A stretch of 64,000 nt of DNA from Kudoa neothunni (GCA_964304625.1 OZ199838.1:2705702-2769701), one strand, 5' to 3'; positions 40,187 to 55,052 are shown, counted from the stretch's first letter. The notes: generated by a model not told the origin, from the sequence alone. Numbers and translations: made by a program.

Positions 40187-43100
40187 TGTTGTCTATGCCC
40201 AAACTCGATTTCAATATGCAAATTATACTAGAATTATCACTTCTACTATTTTATTTTATAGTCAAAGATAACGCAGTGCCTATTGACCAGAACATGTTAA
40301 TTAGGCCATTCATTTAGTTTCAATTCACTTAAAATAACATTTAACAACATGATAAATACAATATAAGTATTTTTTCTAAATTCAAAAGATGTGATAGTGT
40401 CAGTTAACTCTGAAATTACGTAATTATATGAAAATAATCTTGAAACAAGAATAGTTATTAAACAATTATTTGACATTTGATTTTTGCGTTTGAATTTCAC
40501 TATTAGTTTTCAAAAATTCATTTTATTAATAAGTTTGGAGTCCATAATACTGAAAGACACGTGGGTACTTTAACGTGATAATATTTTCGTAATGGACACT
40601 AATGTAAGTTATGAGAATAACAATATTTTAAAAGTTGGTGATGCGTTTAACAGCTATAAAGAATTAGAGTTGAAAATTAAACAACTTGATCAGTTTGTCT
40701 ATCTCTAGACTGCAAGACGACTGAAAAAGCTAAAAAATGTACTGACCGAACATTAAATCCTGATCTTAAATATTACCAAATAAAATACTGTTGCATCCAC
40801 ATAAGAAAAAAACGTATATTTTTTATAATTGTTGACTTTTTCTGTCGTGTACATTTACTAATTAATTAATATATTTCATTAATTTTAAAATTTAAAACAA
40901 TTTTTTGAACAAATAACCTACGTATGAACTTAGCGAAGTAGGTCATCTGGTCAAAGAAATACTAGCTCTTATTTTAAAAGGTATCCAGTTTTTTTGAAGT
41001 TTTCGGCAGATGGCCAAAGGCTGGTATCTTTCGATTCAGCTCATAATCACAATTCAATAATGTTTGCCAGAAAGTTTTTACCTAAAGCCATGAAATTAAA
41101 TCAGCAGGAAGTTTCTTGTATTAAACAGTTAGTGGAAGTTAACAGAAATTTTAAAGCCATTCAAGATAAAATACTGAGAGAATATAGAAAGTTTGTTCCA
41201 ATGAAAAAGCTGGCAAACATGAAATATTCTATGAAATCACATTCAAAGAATATTGAATTTTTGATGTCACTCAAAAAAAACGCAACACATTTATCGAGGT
41301 TTTGCAAGATGACTTAAAATTCAAAGGATTATTTTTCCAAGATATTGATATGGAAAAATGTCTAAAAGCCTTCCTCGAAATTATTTTTATAGACGCTACC
41401 TATAAATTATTGTATTTTAGTGCGCCTGTATATTTTCTGGTTGTTTTGGATGCTAGAGGTTCTAGTGAAATTGTGGCAACTGGAATATTAGTGGAAGAGA
41501 CCGAAGAAATTTTTGGGTGGTTTATCGATACGTTGAAAAAACACAATCCTACAATGGAAACAGATACAAAAATATTTATGACTGATAAAGATTTGGTCGA
41601 AATAAAAATTCCCAAATGCTAACCTTCAGATATGTTTATATCATGTCCTCAAGTCGTTCGCTCGTGAAATTCAGGTAGAACGAATGAATATTAGTTCTCA
41701 AGAAAAGGAGACGTCGCGTTTACACCTCCAAAATATGACATATTACAAAAACATCGAAGAATATGATTTTAACAAGCAAAAACTCAAAGAATCTGTCGGA
41801 GAAAATATTTATAATTATTTTAAAAATAACTGAGACTTAATAAAAGAGGAATGGGTTACTGGTTTGAGAAGACTTGACGGGATGTTCCTAAACTTTACTA
41901 ACAATAGAGTTGAGAGTTTAAATTCTAAAATCAAGCAAGTCATCCCACTTTATTCTTCATTCGAAGAGTTTTTCAAGAAATTCATTATCTATATCGACAG
42001 CGCACGAATCGAACGTGATAATAAAGCCATCAGGGAAATGCTTAAGACCACAAAAAGTTTTGGATTCTGATTTGCGAAAATATTTTAATCATCTAACAAA
42101 ATATTCTTTTAAGTTAGTTGCAAAGAAATTTGACAAAGTGGAAGTGTGGGAAATTAAAGATATAGACAATGTAATTGTCTTTTCAGAATGGGTATGAGCT
42201 TACTGTGCTGTCACATATTTTTGGAACGAAAAAAAATCAATCTTCCGCTCTTTGAAAAATGTTTGTGTTCTAAAAGATGGACTAGAGAGTATTTCTTGAA
42301 TAATTTACGACTTAAGATAAACAACAAACAAACCAATGGATCACCACAAAAAGAGTTCATAACTGTAAATGTTTTACCGAAATCCACGACAATCTATCTA
42401 TTCTAAGAAAAAAAGATTTAATCAGACTTCCAGCTTATTCAAGTCCATTCCATCAAGAGTTTCCGAAAAATCTGGTTCGAACTATGAATATTGGATAAAT
42501 GAACTTAAAAAACCAGTCACATTTATTGAAAAAAATGGAAAAATTAATGTGTATCCTTCTGAAAGTATTTTTTTAAATTTTTGTCGATCCATTACTTTAT
42601 TCATTTAATAGGTTAAATACGTCGAATGTCCATGGAAAAAAGTTCTATAGAGTATCGTATAACACGATTGAATATTTTAATGTAATTGGCAGAGAAACTC
42701 TGGATAATACAGAAAAGTTGAACGATGACATCGCTATAAATAATCAGATTTCAGGTTTCACATAAGATACTTATTGTTTTATATTTGTTTCAGAATTAGT
42801 TCTTCCAATTAGAATTAAACATAAAGATCTCCCAAAGGGATCATCTACTACAGTAATAGGAACAAAAAAATCAACCTATTACACCAAATCGTTTTTTAAT
42901 CTAACAGAGAAACAAAAGATTTTGAGTAACTCTATTATTAACAGGAATGATATAATTCTTTTCAGAAATTCTTGGTTGGTTTGTAAGACCTCGCTGTTAA
43001 GGTTATTAATCGAAAGGTTATAATTGAGGAAAAAGACGTGGAAGTTTTGTTGGACAACATAAGTGATGGAATACTCGATCCGAGAATTCAACTAGATAAG

Positions 43101-44133
43101 ATATTCACTTATTTTAGCAAAGATGCTCTATTCAACCCTAAACAAATTATAAAGCAAAAAACAACTGTTGGATATAGGTGCAATATCTGCCAAACAAATT
43201 TGTCAAATGGTGATTCAGCAATTGATTGTGACATATGTCTTGGACGGAGTCATTTTAAATGCCAGTGCATTAGCGTGAATCCAACACACAAGTATTGGTA
43301 CTGCAAACGATACAAAATGTCAGAGAATAAAGGGCAGAAAAACATTTAGCTCTCGAACAATGTATGGCTTTAAAAATAACGAAAATTTAGATAATTAATC
43401 AAAAATATAAATTTATCTATGATCTCATTCGATTTTCTTCTTTTAAACGCTACATAACCGCTAAGCTAATTATTGTTGTAAAGTTTCCTAATATTCAATA
43501 TTCCTGAAAGTAACCTGTGTAAAATTATGATAAATTATTTCCATTGATAATGTAACATAGGTAGAAAATAGTTACATATTTCTTATAATTTTTGGTTCGT
43601 ACTATCCAGACATCATATCTTGAAGATTAAGTGCAACTCCAACACACGGTATTCACGAAATATCGATAATTATACTTTACAATATTTTATGCAAATTTAT
43701 TGGACATACACCTAAGCTTATTTACATCCTCAAGATATATTTTATTTTAAGTGAAATGAAACAAAAGGAATGGCTTAATTAACATGTTCGGCCAATAGTA
43801 ACGGCCAAAAAATAATGTTAAATAATTGACTAGATAATTGTATTATATGAAAAAGTATTTAAAGGAATAAAAATTCATCAGATAAGTTGTTTGGTATAAT
43901 AAAAATAATGATGTCAACGATAAATTCAAAAAAATTCTTAAATATTCTAAAATGATTGTTAAAATCATTTTGTTTTTACTTAAGATAAGTATAACATTGA
44001 AAAATCTATAGGAATTAATTCAACAATATCATATTACAAACTTTTAATTTTGAAAATATCAAGCTTTTGGTAACTGTAGGATTTGTAATAATTCAATCAC
44101 AATATTGCATATTGAGTTCATGCCTGGACACCC
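40187..44133 (+). mobile_element. Mutator-like (MULE) transposon, ZSWIM3-like transposase with C-terminal PHD finger, pseudogenised (~40592-43349)
   Basis: LKVGDAFNSYKEL...LKYYQIKYCCIH N-terminus; HNH; IFIDATYKL, FMTDKD, ICLYHVL and TNNRVESLN MULE core; SWIM remnant CCHIF; PHD CNIC...CDIC...HFKC...WYC. A 57-bp inverted repeat at 40281-40337 / 43742-43797, plus degenerate outer TIRs. Confidence 0.88.
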
Positions 44134-44255
44134 ACACCCGCATAATGGTATAATAATCATATAAATCACGAATGATTACCCTTTTCAATAATATATTATG
44201 TTGCAATAAAGAAACTAAAAATAAAATAAATACAAATGTTTAATCTAGAATATTA

Positions 44256-44579
44256 CAGGGGTGGCCAAACCCTAGCTCGCGAACCGCATGTGACTCTTGG
44301 AGGTTGAAGTGCGCCTCTTGAAAAATTTAGACTTGACCTATCGTTTCATTAAATTTTGCTCATAAAGTTATTTGGTATACTTTGAAAGTCATACGATCAC
44401 GCAGTTATTCTGAATAAGCAGGCATGAATTTAACATTAATTCATTATTAATTAAAATTTTTAAACAAAATATAAATATAGTAACAAACCATGAAATGTAA
44501 TTTTCACCCTCCAGCGGCTCCGAAAAATTTAAAGTTCATGAAATGCGGCTTCCATTTTAATAAAGTCTGACCACCCCTG
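44256..44579. mobile_element. hAT MITE, 324 bp
   Basis: TIR CAGGGGTGGCCAAAC / CAGGGGTGGTCAGAC; 8-bp TSD GAATATTA / GCATATTA (7/8). The internal CGAxCCGCATGTGxCTCTT motif also occurs at 46951-46969. Confidence 0.85.
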
Positions 44580-44699
44580 GCATATTATAATAATATAACG
44601 TTACTTCAATTTATGTTACATGTAAATAATAATTAAGAAAGCATAATCAAATTGATAAAGATTTTATTCCATTTATAATCAAAATAAAGAAATATTTTA

Positions 44700-46760
44700 T
44701 ACTTTCACTAGTTAACAGTTAATTGCACAATTTATGACTAATAAAACGTTCGTAGTATATTTTTACATAAAAATGACCGACCATTTAGATTAACGCCAAG
44801 AAAATGAATTCTGTAAATGTTTAGAAAGATGAAATGAATCAATCAAATAAATATTGTTTTTGTTCCAATCTTTAAAGGTCATATTGTTCGACTCTTAACG
44901 TTTTGTTCTATGATCATTCCTCTTTATACGTAGAAGGTCTTTTTCTATAAATATAAATAATTGTAAATTATAGAAATGAGCTAAATTCCTACTTATTTTT
45001 GAATAAAGCAGTTACAAATCTGTTACTTAAGTTTTCATCTTTCATTATACGTTGGATATATTTTGCTATAATTCCAAAAGCTCTAATTGCTTCACCGAAC
45101 TAAATATTTTGAAATTGTATATTTTAAGTAGAAAATTATATATCATTACCTTCCCCATACCTTAAGTGTTATTTTTGAAGAATAACAAATAAGTATAAAA
45201 TTGCATTATATATGTCTAAAAAATAATTAAGCTAATGTATAGTTACCATCAAACGTAAATTTTTTATTTGGTGTGAGTTTCTTATTTTCTGAAGGTTTTA
45301 GAGGTCCCGTTTCTGATGCACCCTTTGTAGAAAATTATCAAACAAAAATACGATTAATTTAACAATTAAATTACAGAGAATAATTTTAACGATTTAAATA
45401 CAATTAAAGATGAAATGAGTGGTTTAGACATAAATGCTTAATTTTTAGAATAACATCTCATAAAATAATTACATTTTTTAGTTCTTTGGATATTTGAATG
45501 GACAGCCTCACCAAAGCTACTATCAAATTATTATATACAGATCCTTGCCAACATACATAAACATATAATCAATTTTAAATTTAATATCATTGCTCAAAAT
45601 GATGAACTCTTAGATACTGTCCTTCCAAAAAATTGGATTTTCGACTTAGATCCTTTTTTGAAACTATTTATAATTTTTTCTGGATTAAAATAATAATTTT
45701 ACTTAAAAATTATCTCAATAATGTAAATATTATACAATTTTTATCATTATAATCTATAATTTATAACTGAATATATCATTAAAATTGAATAGCTTTAAAA
45801 ATTAAAATATTAATTTGAAAACGTACAATAATCGGATTAAAATTTTCTTAAAATACTGATCAATATTGGACAGATTTATATACACAAAATTTAATTTTCA
45901 AAAATATATAACTACCCTTTTATTTTGCTAATGTTACAACTTATTGCGGTGTTTTAAATTTTTCTGCTCTTAGAAGAATGATACAATCTATGATGGATTG
46001 TTTAACAGTGAACATGTTACCTACTATATTGTTTAATATTAATCGTTTTATGTTTAAAAACTCATTGCATGACTTCGTGTAACGTAATTATTTGATAATT
46101 CAGGACTTGCAATCTTCACGTCATCATATTAGGTGATCGTTGGAAGTAAGAATATTGAATGGAATAATCTTTTCACAAATGATAATTATTCTTCACCATC
46201 ACGTTATTGACAAAATAATAAAAGAATGTTTGTAACTAATAAGTTATTATCAGGTATGATGAGGAATTATCACGGAACGTGATATCATTATCATAATCCA
46301 AAAGTTCGTCGACTTATAATACATGAAAAAAGCAACTAACTAAAAATGTTGTTTATACAAATATGGACATTTTTTGAGGAGAATGTATACACATGATACA
46401 ATAATTTTACGTTTATAATAGAGTGCAACATCAATGTGTGCGAGTTATCGATCGAAACATTCTGAACACGTAAAAATCAATCCTACAGTAATGCTTCCCA
46501 ACCTTTTTGATAACCAAGGATACGTAGTCCAATGGTGTGATGACTGGATTCAATATCCAGAGGTACTTGGTTTTATCCCCGACACTGATCACACTAGAGT
46601 TTCCGTACGAGTGTATCTCTATCCTGGAATGGATAGGAGTTTTTGTTAGAATACAATTGCATTGTACGTATAATTCCGTTGTCAAATGTAGTTAGATCTC
46701 ACAGAAGAGATTTGATTGGATCTCTGAATCTTTGGGGCGCATTAACGGGCTTGAAATCTC
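44700..46760 (-). CDS. Unidentified multi-exon gene or pseudogene
   Basis: GC-richer blocks on the minus strand separated by short GT-AG segments (e.g. ...VIKK|GTTGGG...TTCAG|NVSID...). No recognisable family; boundaries are approximate. Confidence 0.35.
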
Positions 46761-46921
46761 AATAGATAAAAGTCGTTATTGATTTATGGATAGGGGTTGT
46801 GTTGACTCGGAACGAGGTTATTTAGTGGTTTAAACTACCGCAAAAGATAAGGGGCAGTTGTTGATCATCCTGCGATTCCTATAACGTCAATGGGGTTTGG
46901 TTGACCTAACCTAACCTAACC

Positions 46922-47000
46922 CATGGGTCTAAAGGGTCTCATGAGACTTACGAGCCGCATGTGGCTCTTTAAGGTCATAATTTTGGCTCCCTATTTTATG
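46922..47000 (+). mobile_element. hAT MITE left-end fragment related to 44256-44579
   Basis: CGAGCCGCATGTGGCTCTT matches CGAACCGCATGTGACTCTT in the 44256 element. Right end not located. Confidence 0.45.
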
Positions 47001-47784
47001 TGCATAATATAAACTACAATAACAAAGGTTAAACTGCGAAGAAATTACATAATTCCTAGTCGCTGAACTCATTATTACAGTAATGTATGGTTCCAACGCA
47101 ATTTTTAAAAATTTACTTGTTTATTACTTATGTTGTTTTCATTGAAATTTAAATTGAAAGTTCAATAAAACATAGACCAATAGTCAATAAATAATTGGGT
47201 TTCAACAAAATGTTAGGGTTGAAAACTTACCTTACGGATCTAACGCAAAAATGGCTCGAGCGCGGCACATAATCTGAACTTTGCAATAAATCATGGATGG
47301 GACACTAATTTTAGCAAAAAAAATCACTTTGTACTACCAAAAAACTCGAAATCATAAAGTTTCACCAGTTCATATATAATAAAGATGCTAGGCTCCAAGC
47401 GATGGAACGAGTTGCCGATAAAATAGCACGATAATAAAAAGGTTCAAATGTCCAGTCGCATTTTTGTCTTTTCGTGAAAAATAGAATTGACTGTTGTAGT
47501 GTAATTCAATGCGCACAAAAGAAAAAGAGAAAATGTGTAATCGTACAACTACTACTATTTTATATGTCACACGTCTAGTGTGTATATATTTCGCTTGCTT
47601 AATTAATTTTCACTCGTGAGATAACTATTATCCCTCATATGATTTGTGGGTGTAAACATTGACAACTCACTATTTTTAAAAGAAAATTTTTTATTATTTT
47701 AAGACTAATTCTTAGCCCTCACAAACAATATTTGGGTTAAAGTTAAGTTCCTCCCCCTTCGGCGTCCGCCGGTTACCCGCCATC

Positions 47785-48693
47785 GGTAATGATCGGGTCA
47801 CGTTTCATAACATATAAACCCAATAAAATTTAGTTCACTTTAGTTAGACGTTATTAAACAAAATATATCATTTAAAAATATAATATTTATTATTTTAAAT
47901 GTTAAACATTATAAAGTGTCAATTTTGTGCACAACCAAGTAATACGACATAATACATATTTTTATCGTTAAATTTGAGAATTATATATAAACGAATATTT
48001 TGAATTGTATTATAGATATTATTGATTAATTATGGATCTTCTTTGTTATTTTTTAAAACAAATGATAGATAACGATAAAAAACCTAAAATAAGATTACAT
48101 TTTTAAGATAAATAGTAAATATTTTGTATATTTTACAACATGTTCCTTTCTAAAAAATGTATAAACTAAAACAATATGTCGACTCATGACATTTGTATCT
48201 TAATATAATTTTTAATAGTTCTTAGATGGATGAAAATCACATACCATGCTATTTCTTTTTTAATTGTATCCTAATGAACCTAAGTTAGTGTAAAATAATT
48301 TCTTTTAACTTAATTTTCAGAAGATTTTGTTATTTTATACAATAATTTTAATTATTTGATAAAATGTCACGTATAAAATTTTTCCAATCCACAATAGTAG
48401 CGGAAGAATTAATACTGCATTCTTTCGTTAAGAAAGATTGTTCCGTCGCTCCCACGCCCCAAAAATATAAAATCTTTAATATTTTACACAGAGAAATTTT
48501 CATTTGACCTCCACAGGAACAAACCGTTGATGTTGGTAACAAGTCAAGTTGCTGGAAAAAAATAATTAAATCTTAAGAATGATCCTTGGAGTAACACAAG
48601 TCTTCAAAACTTAGTTTATCTAAATTTTCGTAAGTGAAGATTACAGTAAGCATAATCCAGAATATGCAAACAGCGGGTGACCCAATTATTACC
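47785..48693 (-). mobile_element. Merlin transposon remnant
   Basis: TIRs GGTAATGATCGGGTCAC / GGTAATAATTGGGTCAC. Peptide LLPTSTVCSCGGQM...SSATIVDWKNFIRD is homologous to the N-termini of the other two Merlins. Confidence 0.75.
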
Positions 48694-50517
48694 GACTAAT
48701 GCTAATGCCAAGCTTTTCCTGGTACTACATGATGGAAAATTTTAACTTTTAGTTTTATTTTTGAATGGATAACTTATAGGGAAGATTTAATCTAATTATC
48801 ACGTTAAGCCCTGTAAATTTTATTTCTCCAATTTTATTTATGAACTTTAAAGCTTGTCATTATTTTTGCAATGTGGTGATTTAGAAAAACAAAATTATGC
48901 GCGAACATTCCATTCGAATTTAAATGGAGGTATTGAGAGAAATTAATGGGTATTTTTAAGTTTATTTTACAAATTAATGATCACAAATATAGTGAACCTA
49001 ATTGAATGAGCAATGTAATGTAATTAACGATTAAATTAAATTTATTTATTAAACAAAACCATCAAGTAACTTAATAGGACATTCAGTTCTTTTCAAAATT
49101 TTGCGATAAAAATTAATCCTTCTAATTATAAAATTTATTATTAGTCTATAGGCGATGAAAAAAATGAAATCGACCTAAGGTGCGCCAGCAATAAAAATAT
49201 TAATGGTTACTTCTTTTTTTGCAATTTTATAAAAGATGTTAATGAGGTTTTAATAGCTTGAATGGCAAATTACGTATTCACTAACTTAACATAATTTCCC
49301 GATTTTTAAATAAATGAAACCTTTCTTTTTAACAAAAATACTTAGTGCTTCAATACATATAAATTTAATTAACAAAATACGATCAAATTTAAAATTTAAA
49401 GGTGTTTTTGGGTTTGAGAATTACAGTAATGCTTAAATATTAAAATATCAGCGGTTTTCTCGAAATAATGTATCCTTTTAAAAATAAACGTACCGTTTAA
49501 TTGCCTGAAAAAATTTCTTTCTATTGAACTATTCTTAGATTAACGAAAACATTGTGAAAATATCGGTTACACCGAATAGCCCAATAATTTCTTATTAACT
49601 TGCATAGCACGAATTGAGAGGGGACTGTATTTTGTGAAAAAGTACCCATGAATATAAATTCTTAAATTACGTATAGAATATAATGGGATGTCACGTATTT
49701 TAATTCAGCTTTTATATCATAATGAATTATTTTTAACGAATAGAAAATTATATATTGATTTGAATGTTAATCTTAAGGTCTGGGGGTAAGGAATAATTAG
49801 GTTACTAAGAACTTAAACATTACTTCAAAAATTATCTCATCAAATATAGAAACTTATCGAATTAGTGATGCCAGCTGTTTTCAAGAAAGTTTAGGAAAAC
49901 CAAAAAATGAGTAAAAACGTATCGCAAAAATTTAATTATTTGAAAACTCTAAACACATCTTACATCGTTTTTAGAATGCGTGTAGAGACCAAAATTATTC
50001 CAACGTGGCAATAACTTGTAATCTCAAATTATGTGTTTTATTTAAAATGATCATAATCTTTTCACTTAACTATATCCATAACACTTTCAAAGTGAAAATA
50101 CATCTTAAATAATTTGGTTCGCTTCAAATTTTTAAGGGAAATGTAACAACTCTTATAAATGAGACATTAATAGTTTTATTTGTCTTAAAACTACTCCGAA
50201 CAGGCATATATAAAATTTCTAAAACATTATACATCATAATTAGCAGATTCTCTTTGTATATAATGAGTAAAGTTCATTCTAATTGAGTATCACTCTGAAG
50301 TAAACAAACATCAATATTATGCAGGTATTTCTTAAAATCAGTTAATTGATGTAAACCACCAGGAAATACCTTATTTCTGACTGCGTTATTGATTATATTT
50401 ATACTTCTAGGTAAATTAACGATTTTTATTAATGGTATCATCTGTTCAAATGCAAACTAAAAGCTGTATTTAAAAAAAGTTTCTTCATGGCACATGTGTA
50501 CTGCTGCAAAAACACCC

Positions 50518-51843
50518 CAGGGTTGGTACGTTATCGTCCTAAATAAAGGTATTGATACTTTTGGCACGACTTCGCAACAAGTTGGTACGTTTTAAGGTCA
50601 ATGAATTTTGAGATAGAATTATTATAAATATATGCCACATGATGAGATAATGTGTTAGAAGACTTGACACAAAGTATCCAAAAATATCGCTCAGATAACT
50701 CACAATTTAAAAATGAACATAAGAAATTACAAATTTTATTTGGCTTCGAATATCAGAAAATATTGTATCTCTATTTAAACCCATAAATGAAATGTACTAT
50801 GCCTTTTTTAATTATTAATTGCCCGCAGTCATGAAACTCAACGTCGAATTACAATATTAGAGTTTAGAGTTCATTAACTAAGGAATTACTTTGAAAATAT
50901 TATCACGTGAAAATTAATGACTTTTGAGAGATTTGATTAAAAAATAACATGTTTTTGAGTTTAAATTTTTAACACTTTTTAAATTATATTCTCCCTGATA
51001 AGTTTTATTATGAGTCGAAAGTAGAATCAATTTAGAATGAAAATACTACTGGAATAAGTACTCATGATCTTATTCGCTTTCTTACCAAAACTCTGGATTT
51101 CCATTTATTACTGACGAAACAGATATTTCAAAGGTTTTTAAGCATCGCAAAATTTATACATTTACCAATATTTGAAGTAATGCTTCTTGCAAATGCCAAT
51201 AGGTGAAAACCCCATTCCATTATACCCCTCTCAACGAGATTTACAAATATTATTGCTGAACATAAGTGTTTAAATTTGGAGAGTGAATATATAGAACTTA
51301 GCCTGTAAAATAGCGGACATTTCATTGAAAAAGACCCCAAGAAATATTGGTATGCGGTCAAAAATAAAAGAGGAGAAATATTTAAGTATCGATTACTGTC
51401 AGAATTAATGTTGTTTACTTGCTTTCCCTCATTCGTCTGGATCTGCTGATAGATTATTTTAATTAGGGAATAAAAAAAGGTTAACAAACAGATTTACATT
51501 GGAAGATGAAACAATAAATGCTCTTTTATATCTGAATGTTTACTGAGAAATTCCAGTCGCATGAGATGGAATTCATCTGACCAATTAATTAAAATGTTGG
51601 AAAAATTAAACTTATATGATGAGGAGATGAGGAGAACAGTGAAACCGAATTAACATTTTGATGTATAAATAGATCCTATCAACTATTATTTTGTTTCGAT
51701 TAGTTTACGGTTGCTTTAATTATATTTTTTGTATTATTTTTGAAATATGATACTTTTTTAAAATTTTAATACGATTTTAAGGTTGTTGGTACGTTTCTAT
51801 TACATTATCTGGTACGATTTACAAAAATTGTCTGGCAACCCTG
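50518..51843 (+). mobile_element. hAT transposon, internally deleted
   Basis: CAGGGTTG termini; repeated GGTACG subterminal motifs at both ends. Plus-strand remnant KYW...LLAFPHSSGSADRLF...ETINALL matches the hAT C-terminal dimerisation domain. No TSD seen. Confidence 0.75.
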
Positions 51844-53014
51844 GTCCAGCGCAAAAATGGATGCAACAAAGTGGATTTAATATTCCCAATTTCTGCGTTA
51901 CATTCACACACTATCGTATCTTCAAATTTTGAATTATCATTAAACGTGAATCATTTTTGTATGGAAATATATGGATAATGAAGGAATGTATGGTACTCCA
52001 ACATCACCATCTAGAACTAATTTTTTTATTTGCAACTTACAATTATTAATGAGACATAAAAACTCTGTGTTCTCCATGTATACTACGTTTTTCAATTAAA
52101 AAAATATTTTGTATTATTATTCAAAATTTCTCCATAATAAAAAGGTTAATATTAAGCTTAAAATCCTTAGAAATAAACCTTTCGAGTATTACACAGACTA
52201 TATCTTATTTGTTTATATAAAAAAAATTGAAAACCTTTAAACTAAGCCCAAGAATGTGTTGATAGTTTTTTCAGTTTACAGATTTTTCTCAATACACTTT
52301 GTTATATAAAAAATCGTTACACACTCATTTCCATTAAATTTTATTAAATGAAAATAGTTTTGTCGTGATATTGAACTTTCGTTGGTTGTACTCCAAAGAA
52401 AACTTCGTATAAAATGTCGTAGAAACAAATAAATTTATAAAATATACAAAAAGTAAGTTATTCATTAAATTTTAAAGAATAAGATTACTTGTATTATTTT
52501 CCCTTATTGATGATAATACTCATGAAGGCAGCATTAATAATTTATCGTAATGGATGTTACTGAAAACAAAATTAAAAATATTACTAATTCCAATAATATG
52601 TTCGTTGATTATAGAAACACGCATAAATAGGCTAATTCGATAATTTCCCCAGATTTTTCTGTGATGTACGTTTTCATGATTTCAAAATTAAATATTCTAA
52701 CTTTCTAGCCTATATTTAATTTGTGGATCCGGATTAATAATATTTTCCCCTCATCAATAATTGGCATTTCTGGTCATATTGGTATTGGTTGCCGATCCCT
52801 CCACAGCCGAATAAGTTGCGCGATGTTTTTTACATTATAAATAAATAACAACTCATTCCCACATGAAAAGAAAGAATTAATAAAACTATTGATTTAAGCG
52901 CATGATACAAAAATAAACTTAAAAAATTCAAATACACACTGAAAAAGCTTTATAAAAACGCAACCAAAATGACACATATAAAAATAAAATTTAAAAAAGG
53001 TCCAATGTTAATTG

Positions 53015-54803
53015 TTAGTTGAATTTGAGGAAAAGCTCCAATTGGTTGTACAAATAGTAGTAATCGTCGATTCGCTTGATGCGTTTGAAGATGGTATCTT
53101 CGGAGAGATTGGTGATAGGCTTGGTGAGAAGCTGGGCGCAATAGATGGGATCATTCGAGGAGAGTAGTTGTTTTTCATGGTGATTGAGGATCATGAAAGC
53201 GCATTTGAAGAAGAAGATTGATCCCTCAATGAAGTAGTTATCGAAAATTCTCGAGACAATCTCAAGCGAGAATATTTTACAAAAAGCGCTCATAAGCCAG
53301 TCCAGCAGATACATAGAAGGATGCAGGCAAATGTGGTGTATGTGGTTGGTGAGTTTGTCGTTGTCCAGCGCCAACATCGTTTCAAACCAAATATAGATCC
53401 GATCAAGCTAAACAGATTTATCTCGATCAGCTGTTATTAATCGGCATTTAAATGATTATTACCTTGTGTGTTTTGCATGTGTAGAGCGCAGTGAAAATAG
53501 GGTCGTTGATTAGATTGTTGAAACACACAAAACAATCAAACGGCCGAAGATTCAATAAAAACACAGCCATGGCATAGGACATTCCTTGTGTCTACAAACC
53601 AATTCAGTATATTTAACTCATACGCCAACAACCACATACATATCCAACATTGGAATTGTAGCGATGAAACACACCCAACAATTTGCACAAATCATCATGC
53701 ATAGGATGGTCTTTTTGAAAAAGTTTCAAATAGGGTAATGTCCTACCGACATCAATCTCAATGGATTCATGCAGCTGAGAACCTTCAAACGAGGTATCTG
53801 TTGGTTGAATGGAGTCTTCCACCACTTGATAATCATCATTAAACATGTGATCAAAAACCTCTTCGGCAACGGACATTTTCAGTTGTGAGAATAGTTTCCA
53901 AATTTTTCCTCTAATATAAGAAGGCAGGCCCATTGATATTTTTCTCAAAGTTGAAGTTTTACTGAGCTCATCCTCAATATTATCACTATCAGCTAAACTG
54001 TGCCAGAATGTTGAATCATTATTGATTTTTAATTCTTTGGAGTCGCTTAAAATGGTTTTTTTGACAATAGATTTGGTTTGATTATCTATTTTTTGTTGAT
54101 TCTTCCTAATCAACTCATCGTACATTCGTTGTTGATATTCGAGTTCGTCTTTTGGTTTTGGTGGTAGACCAGCTGGGCGATCATTCATAGGAAGACCTAT
54201 AGCTCCCATTTTCGCGATGAGATCAGCTTTGATTTCAGCCTCTAATTTTATGCTTCGTTCCAACGGTCTGTCATTTGATGATTTACGAGCGGTTGGAATT
54301 TTAGAATGATTGAAGGTCATATTGTTGCTCTCGTTAGTTTCGGTTATTGATTGTAATTTGGGGTTGTTTCGTTCACCACTTGTTATCTCATGCTTATCGT
54401 TATCCAAAACACGATAGTTGTACGATGACAAAGAAGAAACATTTATGTTGCTTTTCACACGCCGATACAAATCTTTATCGCCTGTGATTTTTCGTACGAT
54501 CAGTTGGTCGGCAAGATCAGATTTTACCTGTCTAGGATAATGGTTACCAGATAGTGCGGAATTGGCAGGATTAGTTTTTATTGAGGCAGCCGAATCCGAC
54601 CTACTAGTTTTTGATGTTCTACTATGTAATGTTTGATGACTGCCATATTTTTTCAGTGGTAAAGTGTTGTGAGTGGTGGTGGATGTCTGATTCAAATCCA
54701 CATCGACAAATTCGTCACGTGTGAACACTTTGTTTGCTTTTTTGCTCTTATTTTTTGATAATATGGTCGCACTCAATGATTTATCGTTCATATTGTCTGT
54801 CAT
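53015..54803 (-). CDS. TBC1D14: TBC-domain Rab GTPase-activating protein, TBC1D12/TBC1D14 family, 3 exons
   Basis: RPAGLPPKP..E....QRMYDE (TBC1D12/14 pre-TBC motif), GLPSYIRGKIW, IEIDVGRT (R finger), GY|TQGMS (Q finger across an intron), YLLDW...SRIFD.YF.EG..FFFK. Confidence 0.88.
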
Positions 54804-55052
54804 GGTGCAATTAAAAATGGATTAATTTCTAAAAGGTGATTATGAGGTCACTCAATTATTAACCCGAAAAATGAAACCTTTAAATGGGGTCTATATAACA
54901 GTTGAATTATCTCATAGAAATTTTTAGTGGTAAGATTGACTATGGGGGTTGTTAACGTCTGTATTATTTTACGTTGCACGCAAGCGCATTCCAGCAATAA
55001 CAATAATTATTGACTGTTGGATTGTGCGCGTTTAAACTACATCCCAGAAAAA

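Noticed and set aside
46904-46923. (CCTAA)n as a telomeric TTAGG array
   Set aside because: Only 3-4 units, interstitial and next to a TE end; not evidence of a telomere or of taxon.
48740-49627. Further pogo/Tigger remnant ending ...GGGGACTG|TA
   Set aside because: Only a possible TIR and very faint peptide similarity; too decayed to call.
50200-52010. KDZ/CxC-type transposase interrupted by the hAT (WT/GVFAAV..C across the junction)
   Set aside because: A single short motif with no supporting frame.
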